A DNA stretch of 64,000 nt from Squalus acanthias. Taxonomy: Eukaryota. Shown piece by piece: positions 24,249-36,732 of the stretch (positions are counted from its first letter, which is position 1; each line of letters begins with the position of its first letter). The position numbers were made by a program, and so were the translations under genes. Location: assembly GCA_030390025.1 (NCBI GenBank), contig CM059432.1, forward strand, positions 15,440,001 through 15,504,000, written 5' to 3'. The notes below the pieces were generated by a model. It did no database searches, was not told the DNA's origin, and worked only from the letters and a program-made list of their open reading frames with translations.

Positions 24249-24889
24249 AATGTACTTTTGTTCTAAACAGGGTGATTAAGGTTTCCTTTCTTTTTGATAA
24301 ACTGACGGCGCATATCTCAAATCTGCACCAAACCATCATTCTGTGAAGTTAAGATACACAAACTTTAAAATGTCAAATTCGTTCGCAGCTCCAAAGGGGA
24401 TACACATTGTGAAGGATCATTTCTGCACGTTGTTAATTAGCTATTTACAGCCAATCAGGTTGATGTAATCTGTTTCGAGTGCTGCTATCAGTGTGTGGAT
24501 CCCTGCTCATTTCTTGACAAACAGACGGATCCCTTCTTTTCCCCGTATCCCAGCATTTTACAGGCCACCCACTGCAGAGACTATTGGCGGCACGGTATAT
24601 TTATGTTTATTTGTTCTCTACCTTAGGAAATAGTTTTATGAAAGTTCCTCGGTGACGGTTGCATGAGGCTCAGTATACTGACAGCACTTAAAATGTTCTC
24701 AATTTCACACCCTGTTCAGCTGTTGTTTTCTTGGAAAGGGGCATTCTGTTTAGATCCTTGAGCCCATTCCTATTTGCTTTGTTTTCTTTTTTTCTCCTTT
24801 TTTTAAACCAACTTTCTTATTGTTATTCTCACTGCTGTCTCTGCCCTCCCCACTCCCACCCACCTCCGCCCCCATCCTCCCCGGCCATT

Positions 24890-25290
24890 GTCTCAGGCTG
24901 TTTCCAACCTTGTTGTCCTGTTTGACCCCAAGCTCAGCTTCCATTCCCATAGACCCACCCTCACAAAGATGGTCTACTTCCCTTGCCGTAACATCGCCCC
25001 ACCACAGCCCATCTGCCTGAAACTCCCAGATTTAATTAATTCAATGCTCTCCCGTCCAGCTCCCATCCTTCGCCCACTGTAAACCTTTCATTCAAAACTC
25101 TGCTGCTCGTGTCCTAACTCCCACCAGTCCCGTTCACCCATCACCCCTGTCCTCGCTGACCTACATGGTCTCCCAACGCCTCAGATTTAAAATTCTCATC
25201 CTTGTGTTTAAATCATTCCAGGGCCTCGCCCTTCCCTATCTCCGTAACTTCCTCCAGCCCTACACCCCCACTGAACTCTCCATTCCCTTT
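24890..25290 (+). mobile_element. L2 LINE fragment
   Basis: NLVVLFDPKLSF; QNSAARVLT; PITPVLADLH; FKILILVFKS. Confidence 0.75.
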
Positions 25291-25295
25291 ACTCT

Positions 25296-25563
25296 GGGCT
25301 GCCCGCTATTGCGGAGGCCCAGAGCCAGCGCGCTGTCCCGGAGCGCACGGTTTGCGGCTGGCAGCCCGCCAACCTCGATGGAAACGAGACCCGGTCCTGC
25401 TCGGGCGGCCGACCGCTTTGGGGGAAAGATCCACCCCAGCTTTCTTTTGCCATTGCAGCGACAATGATCCAAAAGTTCCCTCCACCACCAGCCCCCACCG
25501 CCCCCTCCGCCCACTCCACCAACGCTTGGAAGTGTTGGGGTGCAGGAGCGGAATTTCAAGCCC
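25296..25563. mobile_element. GC-rich MITE (Harbinger-type)
   Basis: CpG-rich island ending GGAATTTCAAGCCC. Confidence 0.45.
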
Positions 25564-26231
25564 TGGCCTGAATGAAACTGCTGCAAGAGGGTTAAATGCG
25601 GTATGGTGTAAGGGAAATAAATTTTAAGAGAAACTTTAAAGAATAACCTTATTGATGAACACCTGAGCAGTCAAGCTGAGCCGCTTTTGTGCGTCAGCTT
25701 GTTTGCGGCGCGAGACCTTTCTGTGTCGCAATACAAGCACGCTGATGCATTAAAGCCAGAGGACGACGTTGTTGGTCTGACAGCAAATTGAGCGCCCCAC
25801 AGGAAAATGGGTTTTCACTGACCTCAGTGTAAGATAGGTTGTGACACTCATGTTCACCGGTACAGACAATGGTGGCAGAACAATTGGTTTGCTGTCAGCT
25901 GCATTCTTGAAATGTGAAAATCCCTTTATAAGTCATCCCCGTGACGCCGCCCAGAATTCACAAGATAACCACCTCTTATGTAGGATGGGGAAGAGGCTAT
26001 TAACAGAGATTGGCAAGGCCACTGGTATGTGGTTTTTCTGATAAGTTGATGGAATCGCAGAATGCAATCCCCAAAACATTGGTAAAAAATCCCGGAAAAT
26101 CCTGTAATCCCATGTAATAAAAACGGAATTTGGCTTATTCGGTCACCATAAACCCTGACTATAAATAGACAAGCGTTGAGGAATGCAATCCCTAAAACAC
26201 TAGTAAACACAACCCTGGATTTCCCTTAATA

Positions 26232-26556
26232 CAGGAAACTTTCGTTTATCCGGCACCGCGGCGTGGTGCCGGTTGATCGAAAGTGCCGGATTACAGAGAG
26301 CTATACTTACCAAGGTACGAGAGCCCCGTACACGGCCACAGGCTTAACAATTGGGACCCGGAGAGGGAAAGTAAACGAGACTCCGGCTTTTTCCTCCGTG
26401 GCTGTGACAGGTCCGAGTCGGAAGAACGTTGACCCCCCTTTCGTGGGGGCGAAAGGTCAGAATCGGGGTCTTGTCTGTACAATAAAACTTACCTGATTTT
26501 TGCCGGTTAAGCGAGAATTCCGGATATTTGGGTGCCGGATAAACGAAAGTTTCCTG
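26232..26556. mobile_element. Tc1/mariner-pogo(Tigger)-like MITE, 325 bp
   Basis: Perfect 26-bp TIRs CAGGAAACTTTCGTTTATCCGGCACC, TA on both flanks. Confidence 0.9.
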
Positions 26557-27180
26557 TAAAAACAAAATGTGGCTTATCGGGTCGCCGTAAACCAGTGGCC
26601 CTCATCACTGGGCGGTCAAGGTGAAGGGTTTCCAATGCTGAAATGTAGCTTCTTGCTCTTTCTCTGTTCATCTGGACCCTCCAGCCAAAAAACAGAATGC
26701 AAATGCATTGAATGGACCAAGTGCTAATGCATTAATGGCTGGCAACTGGCCATGACACCGAGGCAGGCAGATGCAGTTTGACATTAATGGAGAGATTTGC
26801 CTGTGGTCATGCACCAGGGAAAAAATAGAGCCACCTGCCTCTTGCCTTCAACCTGGTAATCAGATGTCAGACAAGATTAATTAGCAGCCTGCAGTTTTTC
26901 TGTTTCCCATCGATAGGTAAGATGCATCTCCATAACGTGAGAAAACATTATTGCTGGTTGCAAATCAGGTCGACATTGAGGGAAGCATTTCTTTATTGCT
27001 GCTGCTCGCTGCGCTCTGCTTGCCAGTGCAATTTCTTTCTACTCAAATGCTTTGCGTTGTGAAAATTTGAATACTCTGACAAGGGAAGGGCTGAAAGCAC
27101 TTAATTGCTCATTGCATCAACCTTTGGCATTCTCCCATAACAGCACACAATACTACTGGAACTTTTAGAACGTCCCCTCG

Positions 27181-27320
27181 GGCTCCCGATGGCCTGATCA
27201 ATAAATGCCCCCCACTCCAGTATAAGCACTAAACCATATACAGCTTCGATTCCTGGTCTAGGCTGAGTTGGCTGATATCATCGCAAGTAGCGGCTGGGGG
27301 GGGGGGGGAGGGGTTACAGT
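27181..27320 (+). mobile_element. LF-SINE-like head, followed by a MITE
   Basis: GGCTCCCGATGGC...TTCGATTCCTGGTCTAGGCTGAGTTGGCTGAT. Confidence 0.5.
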
Positions 27321-28179
27321 GGCCCAGGAATTGCTGGATCGGCGCATCTCGCGGCGAGCACCGGGAATTGGATTTCTTTCCTCGTCCTTCGGATCATGTT
27401 ATTTCTGTGCGCCACAAATTGCTGGAAATGCGACTTGATAATGGCGAGGTCAACGCCGCATCTGTGAGCTCATGGAGGTCGTGCCCAATGGTCTATCTCC
27501 TCAACCAAGGAGACTTAAGGATAGGGAAAGAAACAGAACGAACGACGGAGAAGGAAATAGGGTGAATCAGTGTCAAATTAGACACAGAACGAGAAATAAA
27601 GAGAGGGAAAGGAAGTGAGTGAGTGGATTAAGAGAGAGAAAAGAAAGAGACAGAAAGGAAATGAAAGGGGAAAAAAATTGCATTTTCTTAGGAACGAGTC
27701 GCTCCACAGTTTCAGGTCACCGTGAGACTCCACAGTTCTCTTTGTGGACCAGGAGGAGCATGAGTGCTGCACCCCCCCACCCCCACCCCGGTCCCTCAAG
27801 GAAGCCTTCGGCCTCCCCTCTGCCGATCGCGGCCTCTCTCTCCCCCCTGCCCCGCTCGCCGACCTCTCCCCACCCCCGATCTCTCCCTCCCGCAATGGCC
27901 CCAACCCCCCCCAAGCCCTGATTTCTCGCTCCTTCCCCCATCCTGATTGCCAGGGTCCGTCCCCAAGGGTCCCCGGCTGTGGCCTCCTCCCGCTGGTTTT
28001 CCCGCCCTTCAGCCGGCTAGCCTTGTCAATTTGGCCGGGCCACCGTGCGGGAAACGGAAGGGGAAAAATGATAACGAGGCGCTGCCGTTAAATCGGCAGG
28101 AGCTTCGCGTCCCCGGCCTTGCCTGGCTTTCCCCGCCTTTCCCCCGCACCCTCCCCACCTCCCCACAAATATTGGGGCC
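27321..28179. mobile_element. GC-rich MITE (Harbinger-type)
   Basis: Imperfect termini GGCCCAGGAATTG / CAAATATTGGGGCC; CpG-rich subterminal regions. Confidence 0.5.
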
Positions 28180-28339
28180 TGTGGGTCTACAAATCTTGCC
28201 ATTGTATTAAGCCCTTCTAGTGCAGCAAAGTAAAGATAAGAGATAGTTCTGTGGGTTTGCACTCTAATCAAGCTGGCCCACGGGTGAATTTGCATCACCT
28301 GCATTGTCCCAGATGGAAACATTGTAAGGGCCCCCACTG

Positions 28340-28832
28340 ATTCACAAAGATTGACGAGGTTAATTCCTGAGATGAAGGGGTTGTCTTATGAAGAAAGGTT
28401 GAGCAGGAGTTGGAGTTTAGAAAAATGAGAGGTGATCTTATTGAAACATATAAGATTCTGAGGGGGCTTGACAGGGTAGCTGCAGGGAGGATGTTTCCCC
28501 TCGTGGGGGGGAATCTAGAACCAGGGGGCACAGTTTCAGGATAAGGGGTCGCCCATTTAAAACGGAGATGAGGAGGAATTTCTTCTCTCAGAGGGTCGTG
28601 AATCTTTGGAATTCTCTACCCCAGAGAGCTGTGGAGGCTGAGACATTGAATATATTCAAGGCGGAGATTTGACAGACATTTGAACTAAAGGGGAGTCAAG
28701 GGCTATGGGGAGCGGGCGGGAAAGTGGAGTTGAGGCCAAGATCAGATCAGCCATGATCTCATTGAATGGCGGGGCAGGCTCGAGGGGCCGAATGGCCTAC
28801 TCCTGCTCCTATTTCTTATGTTCTTATGTTCT
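28340..28832 (+). mobile_element. CR1 3' fragment
   Basis: MRGDLIETYKILRGLDRV..RRNFFSQRVVNLWNSLP; tail TTCTTATGTTCTTATG. Confidence 0.9.
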
Positions 28833-29149
28833 AATGCTCATCATACAGTATTGCTGGAATACACTGATCACATGTAATAAGGAGGACTTACCCGTGATGT
28901 TCAAAATACTGCAGCGTTTGCAAAGGATGTATGGCTTTCTAGCATGTCCAAATAAGGCTATGTTCGAAGGCCCACCCTCTAAATTGGTCTGTCACAGGGT
29001 AACATGAAGACTAAAACAAAGGGGCAGTACCGATATAGAAGGGGCTGGAGAAATCATCAAATTAAATGCGAAAAATCAGGAAAAGTAATGAGCGGCACGT
29101 CTATGAATGCATAAAGCAAGATAATGACGAACTCAGCCATCCAAAGCAG

Positions 29150-29750
29150 GGTAGGCCCTGGTCTGCACTGAGTTAGCTGCTCCCAGCTGAAGTGGTGGTG
29201 GATGGGCGAGTGCGAGAAAGGTCAGTGACCCCAGGCTGACCAGGAGAAGAAAAGGATCGGCCTGGATTCTTGCTTTTTTTGCTTGCCTCCAACAACCGCA
29301 TGTAGAAAGGATGCACGTTTGCACCTTGGGTGCGGGCAGGATCAGGTTTGGCTGCGAGGTCTCCCATTGTCGAACAGCGGCCACTATTCAGCGTCTAGAC
29401 TCACGCACGCAGAATGGCCATGGGGGCAAGGCACTAGGGGACACCGCGAAATTGAAGTACAAAAGCAAAATACTGCGGATGCTGGAAATCTGAAATAAAA
29501 ACAGAAAATGCTGGAAATACTCAGCAGGTCAGGCAGCATCTGTGGAGAGCGAAACAGAGTTAACGTTTCAGGTCGATGACCCTTCGTCAGACGAAGGGGT
29601 CATCGACCTGAAACGTTAACTCTGTTTCTCTCTCCACAGATGCTGCCTGACCTGCTGAGTATTTCCAGCATTTTCTGTTTCTATTACCACAAAATTGTAC
29701 CCCGGCATGAGTAGGTAAACTTCAGAGGAAAGGAGGAAACTGGAAGAACA
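29150..29750 (+). mobile_element. LF-SINE-like SINE interrupted by a Penelope-type fold-back
   Basis: CCTGGTCTGCACTGAGTTAGCTG..., GGCAGGATCAGGTTTGGCTG.., GTCTAGACTCAC..GAATGGCCA; resumes TGTACCCCGGCATGAGT after the insert. Confidence 0.6.
29461..29685. mobile_element. Inverted (fold-back) pair of Penelope-type terminal repeats
   Basis: Arms 29494-29588 and 29590-29685 are near-perfect reverse complements around A29589. Confidence 0.85.
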
Positions 29751-30179
29751 AAAATCATTCCGAACCTGTCGTGATGTTGGTGCACTGCCTTTAGCAATGG
29801 CTTCTCCCATACAATGGTGACTGATAGACGGGAAGAGTATGCTTTTTTTTGACAGCACAGATGACAGACATCACTTAAGGATCTGATAACACTTTTTCAT
29901 GCAACGAACACTCAATCCCAATCAATTGGGATTCATGCAATCATTTATTTACAGAGCAGATAAATATAGAATAGAATCTGGCTGGAGGAGGGAGGGGGGC
30001 CATTACAAGACTGTAACACAATCTGATGAAGTCATAAACCACAAGAGTGATGTTCAAGCAGTTAATAAAGTCATCAGATCACTTCCCGATTGTGTTAGAG
30101 CTTGTTCCCTGCCAGATGTTCAATATATAAACAACTGTGTATTCTTTTGTAAAGATTTAAAAAGCATGCCGGTAAAGTA

Positions 30180-30560
30180 GACCAGGGCCTTTCAGCTCAG
30201 GGACCTCAGCATAGGTCCAGCCCAGGCTGATGGTATGAAAGTCTCTCCCATCTGCTGCTGTAAGTATCCGACTAAAATTAGTCTTGGCAATCTTAATCCA
30301 GCTCCTAGTAGACATGGGTTAACAGCACAAAACCTTCCTCTAATAAAGCACTAATTTGCACGAAATGTGGAAATCTTGCTCAGAAAGGCTACCGATGGCT
30401 TGTGTGGAAAATGGAAAGTTGTCACACTGTTGCAGTACTGTAAGGGGAGCTCGAATAAGACTGAGCTGAGATAAATTGCTGGGGCAGAGTGGAGGCAGCT
30501 TTGCTTTGCATCTAACCTGACCTGGGACTGCTTGATGTTGTGAATGAGTGTCTGATGTCG
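30180..30560 (+). mobile_element. Ancient SINE, AmnSINE2-like
   Basis: GGGACCT..TCCAGCCCAGGCTG..ATGAAAGTC..CCATCTG..TCCAGCTCCTAGTAGAC..CACAAAACC..GCACTAATT. Confidence 0.55.
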
Positions 30561-31104
30561 ACCACTCGGTATTAAAATTCTGAGTACACAATAAAAAACA
30601 AGCTGGATCTTCATATGGCTGCGTTTCAATTGATGTACTTGTCAATACAATCTCTGCTGGCTGGACGTGACGCAGTGGGGATCGCTTCACAATGTTCCTG
30701 TTCTGCAGTTGAATATTTCTCTTTTTTTTCCCCCTGTTAACTGTGAGGAGCTGGGCCCGGGGTTGGAGATACATTTGACATTTTAAAGAATTCTTGTGCA
30801 AGGAAAAGTTCACTGGGGCGAGAAGCTTATTATTGACAAGAACGTTAAATGAGTTCCATACAGGCCCACGTTATTTTTGAAAGGAATACGTTTGTGGGTC
30901 AAATCCCCTGCAAAAAGCACAAAAATATTTATATTCTGACTATAAGCAATGTTGCCATCATATTAACAATCCATTGAAGCTTGTGGCTAAGGTCACCAGA
31001 TAATCTTTGCATATTTCCACATAAAGTACTTCGCAGAATGATAACATTGCACAAACGTAATATTTAAACTAGGCAAATTTATTCAATTAAACTTTAGTGC
31101 TGTG

Positions 31105-31375
31105 AGGCACCATTAGTCAGTGAGTAAAGGCACCACCACTCTGGTACTGATCATGACGTTCCCAGGTCCAGTCGCTAGTCTGTGCTAAGGTAGCTGATCT
31201 CAAATAGGGTGGTAGTGGAAGCCAGTGCAATTGCTCTCAGTATCCATGACCGAATAAATTAGCCATTCTTAATCACTATCCAATAACCCTCTGCTGAAAA
31301 AAGGACAGAATCAGGATCAGCTGTAACGCCCTCCACAGTCAAAGAGCCTGCCAACAATCAGACCTCAACATGTGT
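31105..31375 (+). mobile_element. LF-SINE-like fragment
   Basis: TCCCAGGT..GTCTGTGCTAAGGTAGCTGATCTCA..CAATTG..GATCAGCTGTAACGCCCTCCACAGTC..AGCCTGCCAACA. Confidence 0.6.
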
Positions 31376-31380
31376 CAGGA

Positions 31381-31755
31381 ATCACAGAGTCATACAGCAC
31401 AGAAGGAGGCCATTCGGCCCATCATGCTTGTGCCGGCTTTTTGAAAGAGCTCTCCAATTAGTCCCACTCCCCATCTTGAGCATCCCCGATTTTAATCGCT
31501 CCACCATTGGCGGCCGTGCCTTCAGCTGCCAAGGCCCTAAGCTCTGGAATTCCCTCCCTAAACCTCTCCGCCTCTCTACCTCTCTTTCCTCCTTTAAGAC
31601 GCTCCTTAAAACCAACCTCTTTGACCAAGCTTTTGGTCGCCTGCTCTAATTTCTCCTCATGTGGCTCGGTGTCAAATTTTGTTTTAAACACTCCTGTGGA
31701 GCGCCTTGGGACGTTTTATTACTTTAAAGGCACTATATTAATGCACGTTGATGTT
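31381..31755. mobile_element. CR1 tail (-) joined to L2 3' end (+)
   Basis: Reverse CR1 tail 31381-31470; RSTIGGRAFSCQGPKLWNSLP..FKTLLKTNLFDQAF on +. Confidence 0.8.
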
Positions 31756-31756
31756 A

Positions 31757-32477
31757 GTACAAGGTATTGGTGAGACCTCACCTGGAATACTGCATACAGT
31801 TTTGGTGTCCATACTTAAGAAAAGACATACTTGCTCTCGAGTCAGTCCAAAGAAGGTTCACTCGGTTAATCCCGGGGATGAGGGGATGGACATATGAGGA
31901 GAGGTTGGGTAGATTGGGACTCTACTCATTGGAGTTCAGAAGAATGAGAGGCGATCTTATTGAAACATATAAGATTGTGAAGGGGTTGGATCGGGTGGAT
32001 GCGAGGAGGATGTTCCCGATGATGGGTGAAACTAGAACTAGGGGACATAGTCTTAGAATAAGGGGCTGCTCTTTCAAAACTGAGATGAGAAGGAACTACT
32101 TCACTCAGAGGGTGGTAGGTCCATGGAATATGCTGCCCCAAAAAGCTGTAGAAGCTACATCATTACATAAATTTAAAACAGAAATAGACAGTTTCCTAGA
32201 TGTAAAGGGAATTAAGGGTTACGGGGAGCGGGCAGGAATTTGGACATGAGTCTAGGTTCGGATTGGTCATGGCCCTGTGGGTAGCGCAGCGGGCCCAGGG
32301 GCCATGTAGCCTGATCCTGCTCCTATTTCGTGTGTGCAATTCTGTTAGGTTCAGGAGATGGTTCTGTGATAGTAGATTGGCGGTTAGGATCAGATCAGCC
32401 ATGATCTTATTGAATGGCGGAGCAGGCTCGAGGGGCCAATTGGCCTGCTCCTGCTCCTATTTCTTATGTTCTTATGT
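31757..32477 (+). mobile_element. CR1 LINE 3' fragment (intact 160-aa frame) plus second tail
   Basis: ORF 31767-32249 VRPHLEYCIQFWCPYLRKDI...RRMRGDLIETYKI...TRGHSLRI. Confidence 0.92.
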
Positions 32478-33029
32478 TGTTGCTCTTTCCCCTTAGCCCT
32501 GCAAATTTTTCCTTTTTAAGTATATATCCAGGGAGAAAGGGTGAAAAAATATAAAAAGAAACTTTATTCATGTTGCTCCCAGAATATTAAATATAAATTA
32601 GGTATCAATAAAGGTCAGTCCATTTTTCTTTTTTAAACACAAATTGGTAGAAACATAAAATATTTAGTATAGCTTGGGTTCTTTTTCATACTTTAGGACA
32701 CAGGTGTCTTTGTCAGCGGGACTTGGTGAGCTCAGATACACACTGCTTTCCAAAAGGTTGCAGTGCGGAGCGCCAAAATAATATTAGGCCACAGTCTGCA
32801 CAGTGCAGTATTGATAAGGAGCCTTAATGTACTACTGTGCTGCCAGGCCTCTTCCAACTTTTTATAGATCTTCTGTATATTGCATATGCCTGACAGTTTA
32901 ACTCTTCCCCTATTCAACAAATAGATGGTAATGATGAGAAATGGTGAGGCGCACTATTTACTGCCTGGACAGAAGGATGCTTGGCCATTGGTGCCATTAC
33001 AGCCAAGTCCAATCCTGGCCTTGTGTGTC

Positions 33030-33410
33030 AGATCCCCAACTCTCGTTAAACGTATTCCTGGAGACTTCATCACATGACCGCCCTCCTCCAACCGCCCCGC
33101 CCTCACGCTCCCGCTATTGGCCACCTAACATGTCCATTCTCACGGTGCCCCGCCTTCCCACGCAGGTTAGACAGCGGACAGACTCTTCATTACCTGGTTG
33201 GATGATTCTTGACCGTCAGTCAAGCCCAGCTCTAATATTTTTATAACTGATAAACAAAAAGTTTTCAAACAGAATGTCATAAAAATCACAACTTTTTAAC
33301 CCCACATCCCCCTATATGATTTCTCTCCTGGGTTTGCTCCCAGCAGTGTCCAGGAAGTGAACCTTTAATTCCTGGAGGCTCCAGGACAATCCTGGAGGGT
33401 TGGCAAGCCT
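33030..33410 (+). mobile_element. hAT-like MITE
   Basis: Family sequence ending CCTGGAGGGTTGGCAAGCCTA. Confidence 0.6.
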
Positions 33411-33640
33411 ACTTGTGTGAGGTGTGCACTTTCCAGGAATCGCCAGAAAGATAACAGGAGCCGAGCTTCTGACTGGTTTTCCCACTCCTGATCCAAGACA
33501 TGCTGGGGCCATAAGGAATGCCCCTGTTGACACTGCTGCTCAGATCAGGTACGGGCTCAGTGCATACTGGACACTCGATCCTGACTCGCAGGGCTCAGTA
33601 CCACACCGGGCAATGCATTTGCCAACCCAGCCATCGGAGG
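33410..33640 (-). mobile_element. LF-SINE-like 5' half
   Basis: Reverse head TCCGATGGCTGGGTTGG..; AGGAGCCGAGCTTCTGACTGGTTTTCCC. Confidence 0.5.
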
Positions 33641-34678
33641 AATGACTTTTTTTCAAACAAGGATAAAATGCTAAGCAAGGTACTAAGGAAGTAACAGCAC
33701 CAACTACATCACTGTACAGCACCCCCTACCCCCTCCTCCCGCATACAGTGAAAAGTGGCTCGCAAGACACTTGACCATGCCCCTTCAAATAGAAAACTCC
33801 TGCCACTCACAGAGGTATGTCTATCCTCAAAATAGCTGTGCTTGAAAACATCCTGTTTTCACAAAGATGGTTATGAATACTGCCTGTGTTGTTTTTTCTT
33901 TCCATTTAAATATTTAGTGAGAAATGTAAACACTCTACTACTTTTCTGCCGGTTAAATGTTTAAATATTGACAGAACGCTATTGCTTACCAGTACAGAAG
34001 AAGATGTGCAAGCTCAACATCTGTCCTGATAATAATGCCGTGTGTGAGTCAGAGCACATCCTTGTTGCACCAACAAACAGTGCACCTGAGCACGCAACTG
34101 CAAATAAATTACTCCACACCCAGTTTTAAAGTAATTCCTGGCGTTGCTTTTCCGTAGGGCAGTAATGCTAGTTTGTGTTGATGTAAAACAGTATTGGCTT
34201 TGTATAGATGCAAACAGAGTATTTTAATTTAGGTGTGAAGTCACACATCTTTAGGCAAATGTTGTGAAGCGAAACACAAGCACAGACATTTAAAAGCCCT
34301 CCTCCAATGTCTAACTCAGTGGGACTGCCATGGTTGCACTACTCCCTATCCAAACATTCTCAGAGCAGCTATTATGCCTTCTCTTTCATGCCAACCCCAT
34401 GTCCTCTGGAGTCCCCCAAAGATCCATCCTTGGCTCCTTTCTCTTCCTCATCTACACACTGCCCTTCAGCGACATCGTGCACAGATATAGGGTCCGCCTC
34501 CACACATACACACTGACGGCAACCAGCTCTACTCTCAATCAACTCAATCTTCCATCACACACTCCACTCTCAATCCCCTTCTCTGGCCACAGTCTCAGAA
34601 AGAACTAGTTTGTTTGTAACCTCGACCAACTGCTCTTTCCCAAGCTGAGTTTCAGACCTGCTGGGAGTACGGAATCCC

Positions 34679-35755
34679 TAGGATTGCCGACTATGGTCGG
34701 ACAAATAGCCGGAGATTTCATCACATGACCTCCTGCCTCCAACCGCCCCGCCCCCACACTCCTGCCATTGGCCGCCCGACATGTGCATCCTCAGTGTCTT
34801 TAGTGTCAGCTGTGTCTCAGTTGGTGGCACACTCGCCTCTGAGTCAGAAGGTTGTGGGTTCAAGTCCCTCTCCAGGGACTTGAGCACATAAAGCTAGGCT
34901 GACACGCCAGTGCAGTGCTGAGGGACGTAAAAGATCCCATGGCACTATTTCGAAGAAGAGCAGGGGAGTTATCCCCGGTGTCCTGGCCAATATTTATCCC
35001 TCAACCAACATCACTAAAACAGATTATCTGGTCATTATCACATTGTTGTTTGTGGGAGCTTGCTGTGCGCAAATTGGCTGCCGCGTTTCCCACATTACAA
35101 CAGTGACTACACTTCAAAAGTACTTCACTGGCTGTAAAGCCACGGTGGTCGTGAAAGGCCCTATAGAAACATAGAGACATAGAAGATAGGAGCAGGAGTA
35201 GGCCATTCGGCCCCTCGAGCCTGCTCCGCCATTCGATGAGATCATGGCTGATCATCCAAACTCAGTACCCTGTCCCTGCTTTCTCCCCATATCCCTTGAT
35301 CCCTTTACCTTTAAGAAATATATCTAACTCATTCTTGAATATATTTAATGAATTGGCCTCAACTACCTTCTGTGGTAGAGAATTCCACAGGTTCACCACT
35401 CTCTGGGTAAAGAAATTCCTCCTCATTTCTGTCCTAAATGGCTTACCCCTTATCCTTAGAGAAATGCAAGTCTTTCTTTCTCACAGTGCACTGCCTTCCT
35501 ACGCCAATCAGAAAGCAGACAGACTCTTTATTATCCAATTGCATGATTCTTGACTGTCAATCAAACATCCTTTTTTTTCCTCATGTCCAATATTTTTTTA
35601 AGTAATAAACAAAAGTGTTCAAAGAAAATTTTGTAAAACACTATTTTTTATTGCCCTGATGATTTCTCTCCCAGGGTTTGCTCACAGCAGCGTCCTGGAG
35701 ATTAGTCTGTCATTCCTGGAGACTCCAGGGCAATCCTGGAGGGTTGGCAACCCTC
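34679..35755 (+). mobile_element. hAT-like MITE containing a DeuSINE (34803-35481) that contains a CR1 3' end (35162-35460, -)
   Basis: Termini TAGGATTGCCGAC / GTTGGCAACCCT; MITE halves and SINE halves each rejoin across the inserts. Confidence 0.8.
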
Positions 35756-36732
35756 AGAAACCCCCTTCTAAACCAACTTGATAAAAAAATTAAGATTAAA
35801 TAATGTGAGACACGCTCAACTCGAGCAAAGAAACCTTGCTGAAAAGATACTTGTTTTCTGTTATAATGCACTGGAAGGCTTCCAGAGTTACAATTGTTGG
35901 GAGATCATTTTTCCTATCGGCAGGAGCTAAAAAAAAAAGCCCACCTGTCAAAGGACATCACCACTGCCTTAGGGTTAGGGTTAGGGTTCGTGAAAGGGCG
36001 CTGGCTTAGCATTCCAACGCTGTTTCTAAACTGAAATGATTTTCAATATGGTGATCCAATTTGCCTTAGTACTTTGCAACAACGATAGCAAGTCGCTTGC
36101 ACAGGAGATAATGGTTCCCTTTTAAAGTATGTTCTTGCTGCAGTAATGTTACCCTTACAAAGTCATTTAAGTTTTCTCGGTGAAGGAAAATCTCCGAAGC
36201 GCATCTTGGATGCACCAGGCCCTCGATGGATTTGTGACTTTGAGGAACTCTCAGGCAAAGAGCAAGGGTCACAGGTGGTGGGGGAGGGAAACAAACTACA
36301 GCTTCCTGAAACTGACCCCCACTGTGCAAAGAAAAAACTCGGGATAGCTTCATAAAAATAGAGAAAGGGAGGCAGAGTGGTGAGCAGGCAAGTTCCCTCA
36401 ACTCCTGGTTACAGTGAGAGAGAGACCAAACTATTTCGTGACAACTGTGGGACGTTGCAGATTTAACAGGAATCTAATCTAATCAAAGAGAAACACTGGA
36501 TTATAAATAATAGAGTGAAGGATTAGAAGATTAATTTAACAGGAAATCAATCTTAACAGAATGACACCAGGAATTCAACATTGGGTGGGTGCTTGGAGTT
36601 CTGGTGGACTAAGCTGAAACAGGACACTGGGCCGAATTTAACTGTTCCCACTGGGTGAGAAACGGATAAAGAATCCCATCTAAATTATTTCACCCATTAC
36701 AAAGGCAGATAAGTTTCCATTGAAGTCAAAAC

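Noticed and set aside
30340..30813. 157-aa minus-strand ORF as a candidate exon 2
   Set aside because: No MAM-domain motif; half of it overlaps an ancient SINE
35969..35988. (TTAGGG)3 telomere-like run; degenerate CCCTAA-like repeats at ~60300-60520
   Set aside because: Too short or degenerate to support an interstitial telomere or fusion site
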